Origin: an uncultured Spirochaetota bacterium
Lineage (GTDB): Bacteria; Spirochaetota; Spirochaetia; SZUA-6; DRHE01
Reading direction: 5' to 3'
Length of the DNA stretch: 64,000 bases
Assembly (NCBI GenBank): GCA_963736785.1
Contig: CAVTQG010000031.1
Coordinates: 15,434 to 79,433 of the forward strand
Within the stretch, counting starts at the first letter, position 1. Each line of letters starts with the position of its first letter. Below are positions 47,784 to 56,827 of the stretch, in pieces. The notes under the pieces were generated by a model. The model worked only from the letters and a program-made list of their open reading frames with translations. It did not search any database and was not told the origin of the DNA. The position numbers and the translations under genes were made by a program.

Positions 47784-48503
47784 GCCGGCGCATCAGGGCA
47801 GCATGTTGGCCAGCGGCGTCCTGCGGCTGGCCAGGCAGGGGCGGAACATCTCGGCGAACGGCACCCCCACCCGCTGCCCCACCGCTGCGGGCCCGCTCGA
47901 AGAGCATATCCGCGAAATCCGGCCCGACCTGGCGCATCACCTCCATTTGGCTCTGGTGCAGCCGGATGATGCGCACCTTTTCCTGGACGATTTCCTCGCT
48001 CAACTCGACGAAGTGAGTGCCCTCGAAGCCGAAGCCGTCGCCGACGTCCCAGTAGAAGATCTTGGGCGTGGTCTTCAGCGCCGGGTGCGAGGTGGCCATG
48101 GAGGCGATGATCGAGTTCATCGAGGCCTGGAACACTAGCGTGCTGGTCGTGACGTGGTCCAGGTTGTAGTCGTAGATCCAGTGAGTGAAGATCAGGTCCG
48201 CTCGGGCGGCCCTAGGGCGTCGATCAGCTTCAGGCGCATCTCCTTGGTGTCGTATAAGAACTCGTCTTCCGCCCCGAGGCAGACGTACTCCGCGCCCAGG
48301 GCGCCGGCCACCGCCCTCATTTCCCGGTCACGGATGGCCGCAGCCTCTGTATACGGAATCTCCGGGCTGAAGCTCAGGCCCTTGTCGCCATTGGTGGTGC
48401 AGATCAGGGTGATCTTGTGCCCGCCCTGCCGCCGGTACTTCAGCAGGGTGCCCAGGGTGTGCCCCTCGTCGTCCTGGTGCGCCGCCACGTGCACGATGTT
48501 CAT
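47783..48503 (-). pseudogene. PIG-L/LmbE-family N-acetylglucosaminyl deacetylase, frameshifted (about 2)
   Basis: MNIVHVAAHQDDEGHTLGTLLKY..ITLICTTNGDKG.. shows the AHxDDE motif in ORF 48192-48503. It continues ..LIFTHWIYDYNLDHV../MFQASMNSIIAS.. (47092-48135 frame). The corrected tail is AVGQRVGVPFAEMFRPCLASRRTPLANMLP with stop at 47783-47785. Confidence 0.72.
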
Positions 48504-48519
48504 GGATTGCCTCCTCGGG

Positions 48520-49377
48520 CTAGCCTTTGATCGCGCCCGCCGCCACCCCGCGGACGAAGTACCGCTGGAGGAACAGGAAAACGAGCAGGATGGGCACGCT
48601 GACCAGGAACGTGCTGCCGAATACCAGGTTCCAACGGGTGGCGCTGGATCCGGACGACGCGATAAAGGAATAGAGTTTCAAGGGGAGGGTGCTCATCGTC
48701 GCGCGGGAGATCGTAATGATAGGCACGAGCAGGTCGTTCCATATCGGCACGCCGCGGAGGATGAGCACGGTTCCGGTGATGGACTTCAGGAGCGGTATAT
48801 AGATCGAGCGATAGCTGCGGAAAAGGCCGCAGCCGTCCACGCGGCCCGCTTCCTCCAGTTCTTTTGGCACGGTGCGGATGAAACCCGTGTACAGGAAAAT
48901 GACGAAGGGCAGGAACCACCCGCTGTAGACAAGGGAGGTCCCCAGGTAGGAGTTCATCAGCCGCAGGCCCTTCAGCAGAAAAATGAGCGGCACCATGGCC
49001 AGCTGGAAGGGCAGGGTGATCATGGCGACCAACACGACATACACGGCATTCAGGAGCTTACTCTTCGCCATGGCAATGCCGAAAGCGGCCAAAGAGCCGA
49101 AGGAGATGAGAAAAGAGCAGGAGAGCGCGAAGACAATCACGGAGTTCATGAAGACCAATGGGTACCTCATGGCCTTGAAGGACCGGATGAGGCTGTCCAG
49201 GGTCACCGCGGAGGGCAGCAGGACCAGGGGACGCCGGAGGATCTCCTTCTCGACTTTGAAGGCATTGTTGAGCACGTACCACAGCGGAATGATCAGCAGG
49301 AGCACGATGAGCACCATCACGACATTGACTCCCACCCGGGCACGCCTGCGGAAGCCCAGGAGCCGTTTGTACCTCAC
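48520..49377 (-). CDS. CUT1 ABC permease (MalG-like), system 4
   Basis: Intact 285-aa ORF from GTG 49377, with a GTGA overlap on the upstream stop. The EAA loop is ..FLYTGFIRTVPKELEEAGRVDGCG.. Confidence 0.86.
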   Translation of the reverse strand: MRYKRLLGFRRRARVGVNVVMVLIVLLLIIPLWYVLNNAFKVEKEILRRPLVLLPSAVTLDSLIRSFKAMRYPLVFMNSVIVFALSCSFLISFGSLAAFGIAMAKSKLLNAVYVVLVAMITLPFQLAMVPLIFLLKGLRLMNSYLGTSLVYSGWFLPFVIFLYTGFIRTVPKELEEAGRVDGCGLFRSYRSIYIPLLKSITGTVLILRGVPIWNDLLVPIITISRATMSTLPLKLYSFIASSGSSATRWNLVFGSTFLVSVPILLVFLFLQRYFVRGVAAGAIKG

Positions 49378-50279
49378 AGGATGACCTCCTCCCGCCGACG
49401 CAGATATCTCAGCTGGAGCGAGGTGATCAGGATGGCAAAAGCTCCCAGGATTACCGCGAGCGCCAATGCGTAGCTGGTCCGCAGCTGTTGGAAGGCGTAG
49501 GCGTACACGTGCATGGCGATGGTCTGGGACTTGAAGCCCGGACCGCCCCCGGTGAGCACGAAGGGCAGATCGAACAGGGTGACGATACCGATCGTGGAGA
49601 GCACCGCGTTGATGGTGATCGACGGCGCGATCAGCGGGATGGTGATCCGGACGAGCTTCTGCCAAGCCGACACTCCCTCGACCTCGGCGGACTCATAGAT
49701 CTCCACCGGTACCGTGTTCAACCCGGCGAGGTAGATGAGCAGGTAATAGCCCACGGCGAACCAGATGATGGTGACGCTCATGGCGGGCAGCACCGTGTTG
49801 ACCTGTCCCAGCCAGTCCTGGACGAGGACCTTCAGCCCCACCGCCTTCAGGAACTGGTTGAACAATCCGTTGTACCTGTAGATGATGTTCCAGATCAGAC
49901 CGATGACGGTCATGGAAAGCAGGTTCGGAAAGAAGAGCATCGCCTTGTAGAGGTTTCCCGCCTTGCCCGCGTTGTAGACCCCCACGGCCAGGAGCAGGGC
50001 GACCACGTTGAGCACCGGCACGTAGATGATGGTCAGATAGAGGGTGTTGAACACGATCTGCCGGAAGGCGCTGTCGGATACCACGGTCTGGAAGTTCTGC
50101 AGGCCGATCCACCGGTAGGAGCGGGCGATGCCGTCCCAATTCGTGAAGCTGAGCAGCAGGGCCCGCAGCATGGGAAACAGGAAGAAGGCAGCCACGATGG
50201 CAAGGGCCGGCAGGGTGAAGAGGAAACAGACCAGTTGCCGCTTCTGAACCTGGGATAGCCCCGCCCTGCCCATGAGCAC
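49374..50279 (-). CDS. CUT1 ABC permease (MalF-like), system 4
   Basis: Intact 301-aa ORF with ..LLLSFTNWDGIARSYRWIGLQNF.. and ..LAGLNTVPVEIYESAEVEGVS... Confidence 0.88.
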   Translation of the reverse strand: MLMGRAGLSQVQKRQLVCFLFTLPALAIVAAFFLFPMLRALLLSFTNWDGIARSYRWIGLQNFQTVVSDSAFRQIVFNTLYLTIIYVPVLNVVALLLAVGVYNAGKAGNLYKAMLFFPNLLSMTVIGLIWNIIYRYNGLFNQFLKAVGLKVLVQDWLGQVNTVLPAMSVTIIWFAVGYYLLIYLAGLNTVPVEIYESAEVEGVSAWQKLVRITIPLIAPSITINAVLSTIGIVTLFDLPFVLTGGGPGFKSQTIAMHVYAYAFQQLRTSYALALAVILGAFAILITSLQLRYLRRREEVIL

Positions 50280-50289
50280 CTCCGCCGCT

Positions 50290-50329
50290 GAAAAAACAGG
50301 GCGAAGGACGCCGGGAGGCGTCCCTCGCC
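50290..50329 (-). terminator. intrinsic terminator/attenuator between SBP and permease genes (system 4)
   Basis: The minus-sense stem GGGCGAGGGACGCC-tccc-GGCGTCCTTCGCCC has 14 bp with one mismatch. It is followed by TGTTTTTT (plus-strand A-run 50290-50295). Confidence 0.55.
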
Positions 50330-50346
50330 CGACATTCCAGGTCAGC

Positions 50347-51576
50347 CTACTTCTTCACCGCGGCCTTGGCGGCCTTGTCGAAAGCGGCGGCGGCCTCTCT
50401 CGGCGTCTTCTGACTGGTGAGGACTTCCTGATACAGCTGGAAGGTGAGCATCATGGTCTCGGCGGGAATGTACTCGAACCACAGCCCGGCGGTCTGCTTG
50501 TAGGAGTACAGCTTGTCCAGGTAGGTCTTGATCCGGTCGTCCAGCTTGACCGGGCCCATCGGGTCCTTCAGGTGGGGAATGTTGCCGCGGGCGTTCTGGT
50601 AGTAGTGGAAACCCTTGCCGTTGATCCAGTCCAGAAGCATGATCGCCTGCTTCTTATGGGGCCCTTCCGAAACCCCCCACCCCGTCTCCGTGGCCACGAT
50701 CGGGATCCTGGTCTTGCCCTTCGCGTTCCAGGGCGGCATGTACACGCCCGTCTCGAAGTCGGTCTTCAACAGCGAGCCGGCCAGCCAGCTTCCGGCGAAG
50801 TGTTGGACCGCTTCACCCTGGATGTACATCTGGTTGCCTTCCATGTACTTCGTGCTCACCGCGCCCGGCTGGGTGTACCCCTTGTCGAAGAGCGTCTTGC
50901 CCTTGGCGTAGACCTCAGCGAACTCCGGCGTGTCCAGGGGCATGGTTCCTTCGCGGAAGCGCTTCACGTAGTCAGGGTACTTGGAAACGACGCTGTTGGC
51001 GAATCCGTGGCTCCACAGGGTGTTGGACATCGTCCCATCCCCGGGAGTGATGAGGATCGCGGTCTTGCCCGCCTTCTTGATCTTCTCGCAGAGGACCAGG
51101 AAATCTTCCCAGTTCTCCGGGGGCGTGAGGCCCAGGTCCTTGAAGGCCTGCACCTGGTAGTAGATCAGGCTCGTCGATACGCCACCGGCGATGCCGAAGA
51201 GCCTGCCCTTGGGCGAGGTGAACTGGGGCTTCACCGCGTCGACGGTGTTCTTCGACGCGAAGGTGTCCTTCAGATCGACCAGGATGCCCCGGTCGACCAG
51301 GTCCGCGCCGAACGAACCGCCGTTGACGGAGATGAAGTCCGGCATCTCCCCCGACGCCGCCTTCGGCTGCAGGTACGCCTCCAGATCCTGAGCGACGTTC
51401 GTGAAGTCGATCTTGATGTCGGGGTTTTCCTTTGAAAACTGGTCCAGGAAAGCCTGCGTTTCTTCCGGAATGTCTCCGGCCATCATGACGGCGGTCAGGG
51501 TGATCTTCTGCGCGGTGACGCCGCCGATGCCGAACGCCAGGAACAAGGCCAGAAAAAGCAAGAATGTCTTTTTCAC
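50347..51576 (-). CDS. CUT1 extracellular solute-binding protein, system 4
   Basis: GTG at 51576 follows AGGAGGAGGAG, opening VKKTFLLFLALFLAFGIGGVTAQ (signal peptide). The 409-aa ORF is intact and SBP_bac_1-like. The ORF-track start at 51696 includes non-coding leader. Confidence 0.85.
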   Translation of the reverse strand: MKKTFLLFLALFLAFGIGGVTAQKITLTAVMMAGDIPEETQAFLDQFSKENPDIKIDFTNVAQDLEAYLQPKAASGEMPDFISVNGGSFGADLVDRGILVDLKDTFASKNTVDAVKPQFTSPKGRLFGIAGGVSTSLIYYQVQAFKDLGLTPPENWEDFLVLCEKIKKAGKTAILITPGDGTMSNTLWSHGFANSVVSKYPDYVKRFREGTMPLDTPEFAEVYAKGKTLFDKGYTQPGAVSTKYMEGNQMYIQGEAVQHFAGSWLAGSLLKTDFETGVYMPPWNAKGKTRIPIVATETGWGVSEGPHKKQAIMLLDWINGKGFHYYQNARGNIPHLKDPMGPVKLDDRIKTYLDKLYSYKQTAGLWFEYIPAETMMLTFQLYQEVLTSQKTPREAAAAFDKAAKAAVKK

Positions 51577-51658
51577 AGCAACTCCTCCTCCTAAGCTTTC
51601 ATTTGAAAAACAAGCAAAAGAACCGCGGGGCTGCTGCCACCACCTCCTTTCAATCTTG

Positions 51659-52552
51659 CTACCGGTCACTGACCGGTAATTCCTCAGTATAGCCAATCGG
51701 CGCGGAAAGGCGCAATCGCAATTCTGCTCGGGCCCCCGCCCTACCCAGTTTCAGCAGCTTGCGCGCCGTCTCCCCGAAGATCAGCTTGCGCTGCTCCCCG
51801 CCGGCCCCCATCTGGCGCATGTAGGTGGACATGCGGGCGATGTGCTCGGCCTGGGGCAGGCAGTTGTCGCTGCCCCACAGCACGCGGGCGAAATCGATGG
51901 GGATGCAGTTCTGCCCGCCGATGGCGGCGTAGACCAGGGGGATGCCGTCGGTCCAGGGGCCGGAGCCGGAGATATCCAGGTAGACGTTGGTGTTGGCGTG
52001 GGCCACGCTCCAGGCTTCGAGGAAGTGGGGGTAGCCGCTGTGGGCGAACACCCAGGGGATTCCCGGGAACAGGCGCGCCAGCTGATCGAAGTTCATGGGG
52101 TGGGCGAAGCGGGTGTCGGTGGCCCTGCGGATCTTCGGGTCCTTGCTCACGATCCGGATGTTGGTCTGCCCGGTGTGGGTCAGGATGGGCACGCCCCGCC
52201 GTTCGATCTCCTCGTAGAGGGGGTAGTAGGCTTCCGTGTTGGGCTGGAAACCGGCCGGGGGAAACAGCTTCACCGCCCGGAATCCCTGGTCCAGGTAGCG
52301 CTTCAGGGTGCCCAGGGCGTCCGCCTCGCGAGGGTCGATGTACACGTTGCCCAGCAGGCGGTCGGCGTGGGCCTTCACCGCCTTGGCCACCCGCTCGTTG
52401 GGAGCGAACCCGCACTGCTTGTAGTCCCACCAGGCGTCCGTCGGGCCGCCCATGAGCAGGGTCCAATCGACCGCGGACTGGTCCATGTCCGCCAGCAGAT
52501 CATGGACGGCGGAGTCCGCGTCAGCCAGGTGGTAATGGAAATCGATCAGCAT
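51659..52552 (-). CDS. amidohydrolase-2 (PF04909-like), paralog D
   Basis: ATG at 52552 (MLIDFHYHL..) follows GGGAGGA. Motifs are ..RAVKLFPPAGF.., ..VPILTHTG.., ..WVFAHSGYPHF.., ..VLWGSDNC... The last ~27 codons (RAGARAELRLRLSAPIGYTEELPVSDR) look non-coding, so the true stop may be earlier. Confidence 0.78.
   Translation of the reverse strand: MLIDFHYHLADADSAVHDLLADMDQSAVDWTLLMGGPTDAWWDYKQCGFAPNERVAKAVKAHADRLLGNVYIDPREADALGTLKRYLDQGFRAVKLFPPAGFQPNTEAYYPLYEEIERRGVPILTHTGQTNIRIVSKDPKIRRATDTRFAHPMNFDQLARLFPGIPWVFAHSGYPHFLEAWSVAHANTNVYLDISGSGPWTDGIPLVYAAIGGQNCIPIDFARVLWGSDNCLPQAEHIARMSTYMRQMGAGGEQRKLIFGETARKLLKLGRAGARAELRLRLSAPIGYTEELPVSDR
51660..51679. promoter_or_regulatory. palindromic operator candidate (c)TACCGGT-cactg-ACCGGTA(a) (site 3)
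   Basis: The 7-bp arms are perfect, and an 8th position matches the consensus on one side only. The site is 84-103 nt upstream of the SBP start at 51576. It overlaps the last codons of the amidohydrolase ORF as currently read. Confidence 0.45.
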
Positions 52553-52563
52553 ATCGTCCTCCC

Positions 52564-53526
52564 TCAATGCTGACACCGCGTACGTCACGGAGCCCCGGTG
52601 GGTCTCGCCCGGGCTTCACGATCTTGAGCCCCGATTCCCGCCGGAAGCCCCGGTCGAACAGGTTGTGGGCGTCGGTGGAGCAGGTCTGGTTCTCCAGGCA
52701 GAAATAACCCTCCGCCCGCGGCGTGTACAGCACCAGGTGGGAGAAATCCGGGGTGGCCTCCAGCCTCACGGTCATCCCCAGCCCGCGGTACTCGATGCGG
52801 GCGTGCTCCCCGGGGCGCAGGCCGGTGAACACGTGGTCCAGGTCCAGTGCCCCGACGGCCACGGGCCGCCGCAGGTCGCAGGCCGTGCCGGCCACCTCCA
52901 TGAGCCGGCCGGTGGGCAGCAGGTCGGAGGTGGCCTCCATGACCGAGTCCGCCGGCAGGCAGACGAAGGTGCCCTCCTCCCCCGCCAGCTTCTGGAAATA
53001 GGGGTGCAGGCCGAAGCCGAACGGGAGCTCCGCCTCGCCCTGGTTGTGGATCGTGTAGGTTACAGTCACGCCGCGCTCGCTCAGGCGGAACTCCAGGCCC
53101 AGCCGGTGGGGGAAAGGGAAAGCCTCGAACACCGCGCTCCCCGGCCGGAACTCCAGCCAGGTCTGCAGGCAGGCCGAGTCCGCTTCGACCGCGGGCTCCC
53201 CGCACTCCCAGGGCTCGCCGTGCACCAGGCCGTGTTCCACGATGGTCTTCCCGCGCTTGACCTGCCGATAGTCACGGCCCTTCCAGCGGAACACCCCATC
53301 GCGCACCCGGTTGGGGGTCGGGTACAGCACCGGCGTGCCGGTGTAGTCGTGCTTCGGCCAGCAGGGCCGGGTCGAAATCGATGACCGCCCGGCCGCCGAC
53401 GGAAAAGCGCGCCAGGTTGCTGCCGTGGGAAGGAACGACCCAGGCCTCCAGGCTCCCGCAGGACAAGACGACCGCCTCCAGGTCCCCGATCCGCTCCCTG
53501 CGCGCCGCCGCTTCCCGCCATGGCAT
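52564..53526 (-). pseudogene. aldose 1-epimerase-family protein, frameshifted (about 2), 3' end uncertain
   Basis: ATG at 53526 follows GGAGG and opens MPWREAAARRERIGDLEAVVLSCGSLEAWVVPSHGSNLARFSV... It continues in ORF 52521-53330 (..VLYPTPNRVRDGVFRWKGRDY..HGLVHG..FGFGLHPYF..CLENQTCSTDA..). The tail KPGETHRGSVTY requires another shift. Confidence 0.68.
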
Positions 53527-53531
53527 ACCTC

Positions 53532-54715
53532 CTACCGCTTCCAGCGCCCCGGCCCCGGCCGACGGCTCGGTCACGTGGATCGTGGCCTCGATTCCGGTCT
53601 CCTCCTTGTACCGCCGGCGCACCTGCTCGGCGAACTCGGCGACCCGCTCCGCCTGGACGTAGGCCAGCATGCAGCCGCCGAAGCCCCCGCCGGACTGCCG
53701 GGCGGCGATCACCCCCGGGGCGCCGCTCATGGCCTCGTACATCCGCTCCATGGCGGGGACCGTCTTCTCGTACAGGTCCCGCTCCCCGAAAAAGGAGCCC
53801 TCGCACAGGCTGCCGCATGGCCTGCCCGGTCGTCGCGCACCACCGCCGCCATGAAGGCCACCACCCGCTGGTTCTCCTCGAACACGAACTGGCAGCGCCG
53901 GCGCAGCACCTCGGGCAGGGCCTCTTTCAGGCGCTCGAACAGCGGCGTGTTCACGTCGCGCAGCGTCCGGATGGAAGGGTCCTGCGCGGCCAGCAGGCGG
54001 GTGCCCTCGTCGCACTCCTGCCGGCGCCTGGCGTACTCCGATCCGGCAAGGGTGCGCGGGAAGTTGGTGTCGCAGATGACGATGCGGATGTCCGCGGGGA
54101 TGCGCACCTCCACGTGGGTGAGGCTGCGGCAGTCCAGCAGCAGGGCCGTGCCCTGCAGGCCGAAACAGGCGGAGTAGTGGTCCAGGATCCCGCACAGCAC
54201 GCCCGCGTCCTGGTTCTCGGCCTGCTGGCAGGCCAGCGCGGTCTCTTCGGGTCCAGGCTGAAGCCGCCGGCCGCCTGGTGCATGTGGCAGACCGCCACCA
54301 GCAGCGAGGCCGAGGAGCTCAGGCCGCCGCCGATGGGCACGGTGCAGTGGGCCACCGCGTCGACCCCGGGCAGGGCCGTGCCCCTTCAGGCGCAGCACCC
54401 GGGACACGCCGCTCACGTAGCGGTCCCAGCTCGAGGCTGGGCTCGGCCGGCTCCTCGCCCAGCCGGTAGTCCAGCGTTTCGCCGACGTTCATCGAGTGCA
54501 GGCGCACCCGGCCCGATGCTCGACGGCCGGAAGGCGATCCAGGTGTCCAGGTGGATGGCCATGGTCAGCACGTAGCCCAGGTGGTCGTCGGTGTCCGTGC
54601 CCAGGAGCTCCGCCCGTCCCGGGGCCCGCACCCAGCCGGCCGGCTCGCCGCCGTACAGCGCGCGGAACTTCCGCTCGATCGCGGCCCGGCGCGCCGCCCC
54701 TTCCCCGCCGCTCAT
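53532..54715 (-). pseudogene. galactokinase-like GHMP sugar kinase, copy 2, frameshifted (>=5)
   Basis: ATG at 54715 makes an ATGA overlap. The pieces are ..WVRAPGRAELLGTDTDDHLGYVLTMAI.. / ..VRLHSMNVGETLDYRL.. / ..TVPIGGGLSSSASLLVAVC.. / ..CGILDHYSACFGLQGTALLLDCRSL.. / ..QSGGGFGGCMLAYV... Confidence 0.68.
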
Positions 54716-55905
54716 CGGCTCAGCTCCGCCACCGAGGCGGCCAGGTAGTCGATGGCCTCCTCGGTCAGCCGGGGGTGGATCGGCAGCGACAGGAAATAGT
54801 CGTGCGCCTTCTCCGCCACCGGGCACTCTCCTTCCCGGTGCCCCTGGGCCCGGTAGGGCTCCGCCAGGTGGATGGGCATGTAGTGGTTCCAGGCCTTGAT
54901 GCCCTTCTTCGTGTACAGCTCCCACATCATCTCCGCCTTTTTCAGGGGTGAGCGTCCGTGAGCTGCAGGACGTAGAAGTGGAAGATGTGCTTGCCCTTGG
55001 GGTCCACCCAGGGCAGCACGATGCCCGGCACGCCCCGCAGCTTCTCGGTCAGGCGCGCGGCCAGCTCGATGCGCCTGGCGTTGAAGCCGTCCAGCTTCTT
55101 GAGCTGCTCGATGCCCACCGCGGCCTGGGCGTCGATCATGCGGAAGTTGTAGCCGATGTCGTCGAACTGCAGGCGCCAGTACTCCTTGCCCATGGGGTAC
55201 TTCGCCTCGTCGATGGGCAGGTACTTGTCGCTGCCGCCGTAGATGCGGCAGCACAGGGAGCGGTAGGAGAGGACCTTCTCGTACAGCTCGCGGCTGTCCG
55301 TGGTCACCATGCCGCCCTCCCCCAGGGTGCACATGTTCTTCTGCTGGTGGAAGCTGAACACCCCCAGGTCGCCCAGCGCGCCGGCCTTGCGCCCCAGGTA
55401 CTCCGCGCCCGGGGTGTGGGCGCAGTCCTCGATGACCGCCACCCCGTGCTTCCCGGCGATCTGCCATGATCCGGTCCATGGCGCAGCACTGCCCGGCCAG
55501 GTGCACGGGCACGATGGCCCTGGTGCGCGGGCTGATCAGCGCTTCCAGCTTGTCCGGGTCCAGGTTGAGGGTGCGCGGGTCCACGTCGCAGAACACCAGC
55601 TTGGCCCCGAGCACGGAGAAGGCGCTGGCCGTGGCGATCCAGCTGATGGGCGTGGTGATCACCTCGGTGCCCGGGCCCACGCCGGCCGCGATCCCGGCCA
55701 GGGTCAGGCCCGTGGTCGCGGAGGTGCAGGTCAGGGCGTAGCGCACGCCGCAGTAGGCGGCGAAGGCCTCCTCGAACTGCTTCACCTTCTTGCCGCACGA
55801 CGGGGCGCCGGCCTTGCAGCACCTCCAGCAGCGCCGCGGCCTCCTCCTGGCCGTAGATGCTGCCGTGCGAGATCTCCAGCTCGTACTTGATGGTCGGTTT
55901 TTCCA
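54712..55905 (-). pseudogene. DegT/DnrJ/EryC1/StrS-family sugar aminotransferase, copy 2, frameshifted (about 3)
   Basis: ATG at 55905 follows AGGAGAGG. The pieces are MEKPTIKYELEISHGSIYGQEE.. / ..KQFEEAFAAYCGVRYALTCTSATTGLTLA..VPVHLAGQCCAMD.. / ..VIEDCAHTPGAEY..GVFSFHQQKNMCTLGEGGMVTT.. / ..MWELYTKKGIKAWNHYMPIHL.. Confidence 0.72.
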
Positions 55906-55917
55906 TGATTGCCTCTC

Positions 55918-56818
55918 CTATGGCCTTTTCTCGATGGCCCGGCGGATGGACTGCTCCGCGCTGAGCAGCGGCGTCTGCGAGCAGCGCCCGCGCCTTGTCC
56001 ACGCTGATGATCCCGTTCTTGTGCCGGGCGGCGCGCCCCGGCAAGGGGGCGGTGACGCGCCTGGGCCACCATGCGCGCCTCGGGAAAGCCCAGGAGCGCG
56101 GCGGCCCGGCGGGTGAGCGCGGCCCGGTCGATGCTGTCCGTGCTCCCGATGTGCAGCACCCCGGCGAAGCGCAGGCCGATCAGCTCCAGGACGCACTCCG
56201 ACAGGGTGAGCACGTCCACGGGGGTGCGGATCTCGTCGCCGGGGCCACGACCTCCTGTCCCGCCTTGAGCCTGGCCTCCAGCGCCGCGAAGAAGGAGTTG
56301 CCCTCGGTCACCGGAAAGCCCAGGACCAGGGAGAGGCGCACGATCCCGGCCCGCGGGTCGGCCTGCCGCACCGCCTTCTCCCCCTCGGCCTTGGTCCGGC
56401 CGTAGTAGTTCACGGGCTGCGGGCGGGTCCTCCTCGCGGTAGCGCGGCGCCGTGCCGGCGAACACCGCGTCGCTGGAGAAGTACAGGAAGTAGGCCCCGG
56501 AGGCGGCGCAGGCCGAGGCGATGATCCGCGCCGCCTCGACGTTCACGGCCCAGGCCAGCTCCTGCTCCCGCTCCGCCCGGTCGATGTCGGCCACCGCGGC
56601 CACGTCCACCACGGCCTGCGGCTCCAGCTCGGCCAGCAGGCCGCGCACCGCCGCCGGGTCCGTGATGTCCAGCAGGTGCCAGCGCGGCGCCAGGCAGCCC
56701 CCCGGGGAACTGCCGGCGTTCGACGACGTGCACCTCCCAGCCCTGCCTCAGGGCGAGCCGTGCAGAGGTGGCCCCCGACGAAGCCGCCCCCCCCGAACAC
56801 GACCAGTTTTTCGCTCAT
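55918..56818 (-). pseudogene. NAD-dependent epimerase/reductase, RmlD (dTDP-4-dehydrorhamnose reductase)-like SDR, frameshifted (>=5)
   Basis: The pieces are MSEKLVVFGGGGFVGGHL.. / ..LLDITDPAAVRGLLAELEPQAVVDVAAVADIDRAEREQELAWAVNVEAARIIA.. / ..VNYYGRTKAEGEKAV.. / ..GDEIRTPVDVLTLSECVLELI.. / the tail ..PLLSAEQSIRRAIEKRP. Confidence 0.62.
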
Positions 56819-56827
56819 GGCGATCCC

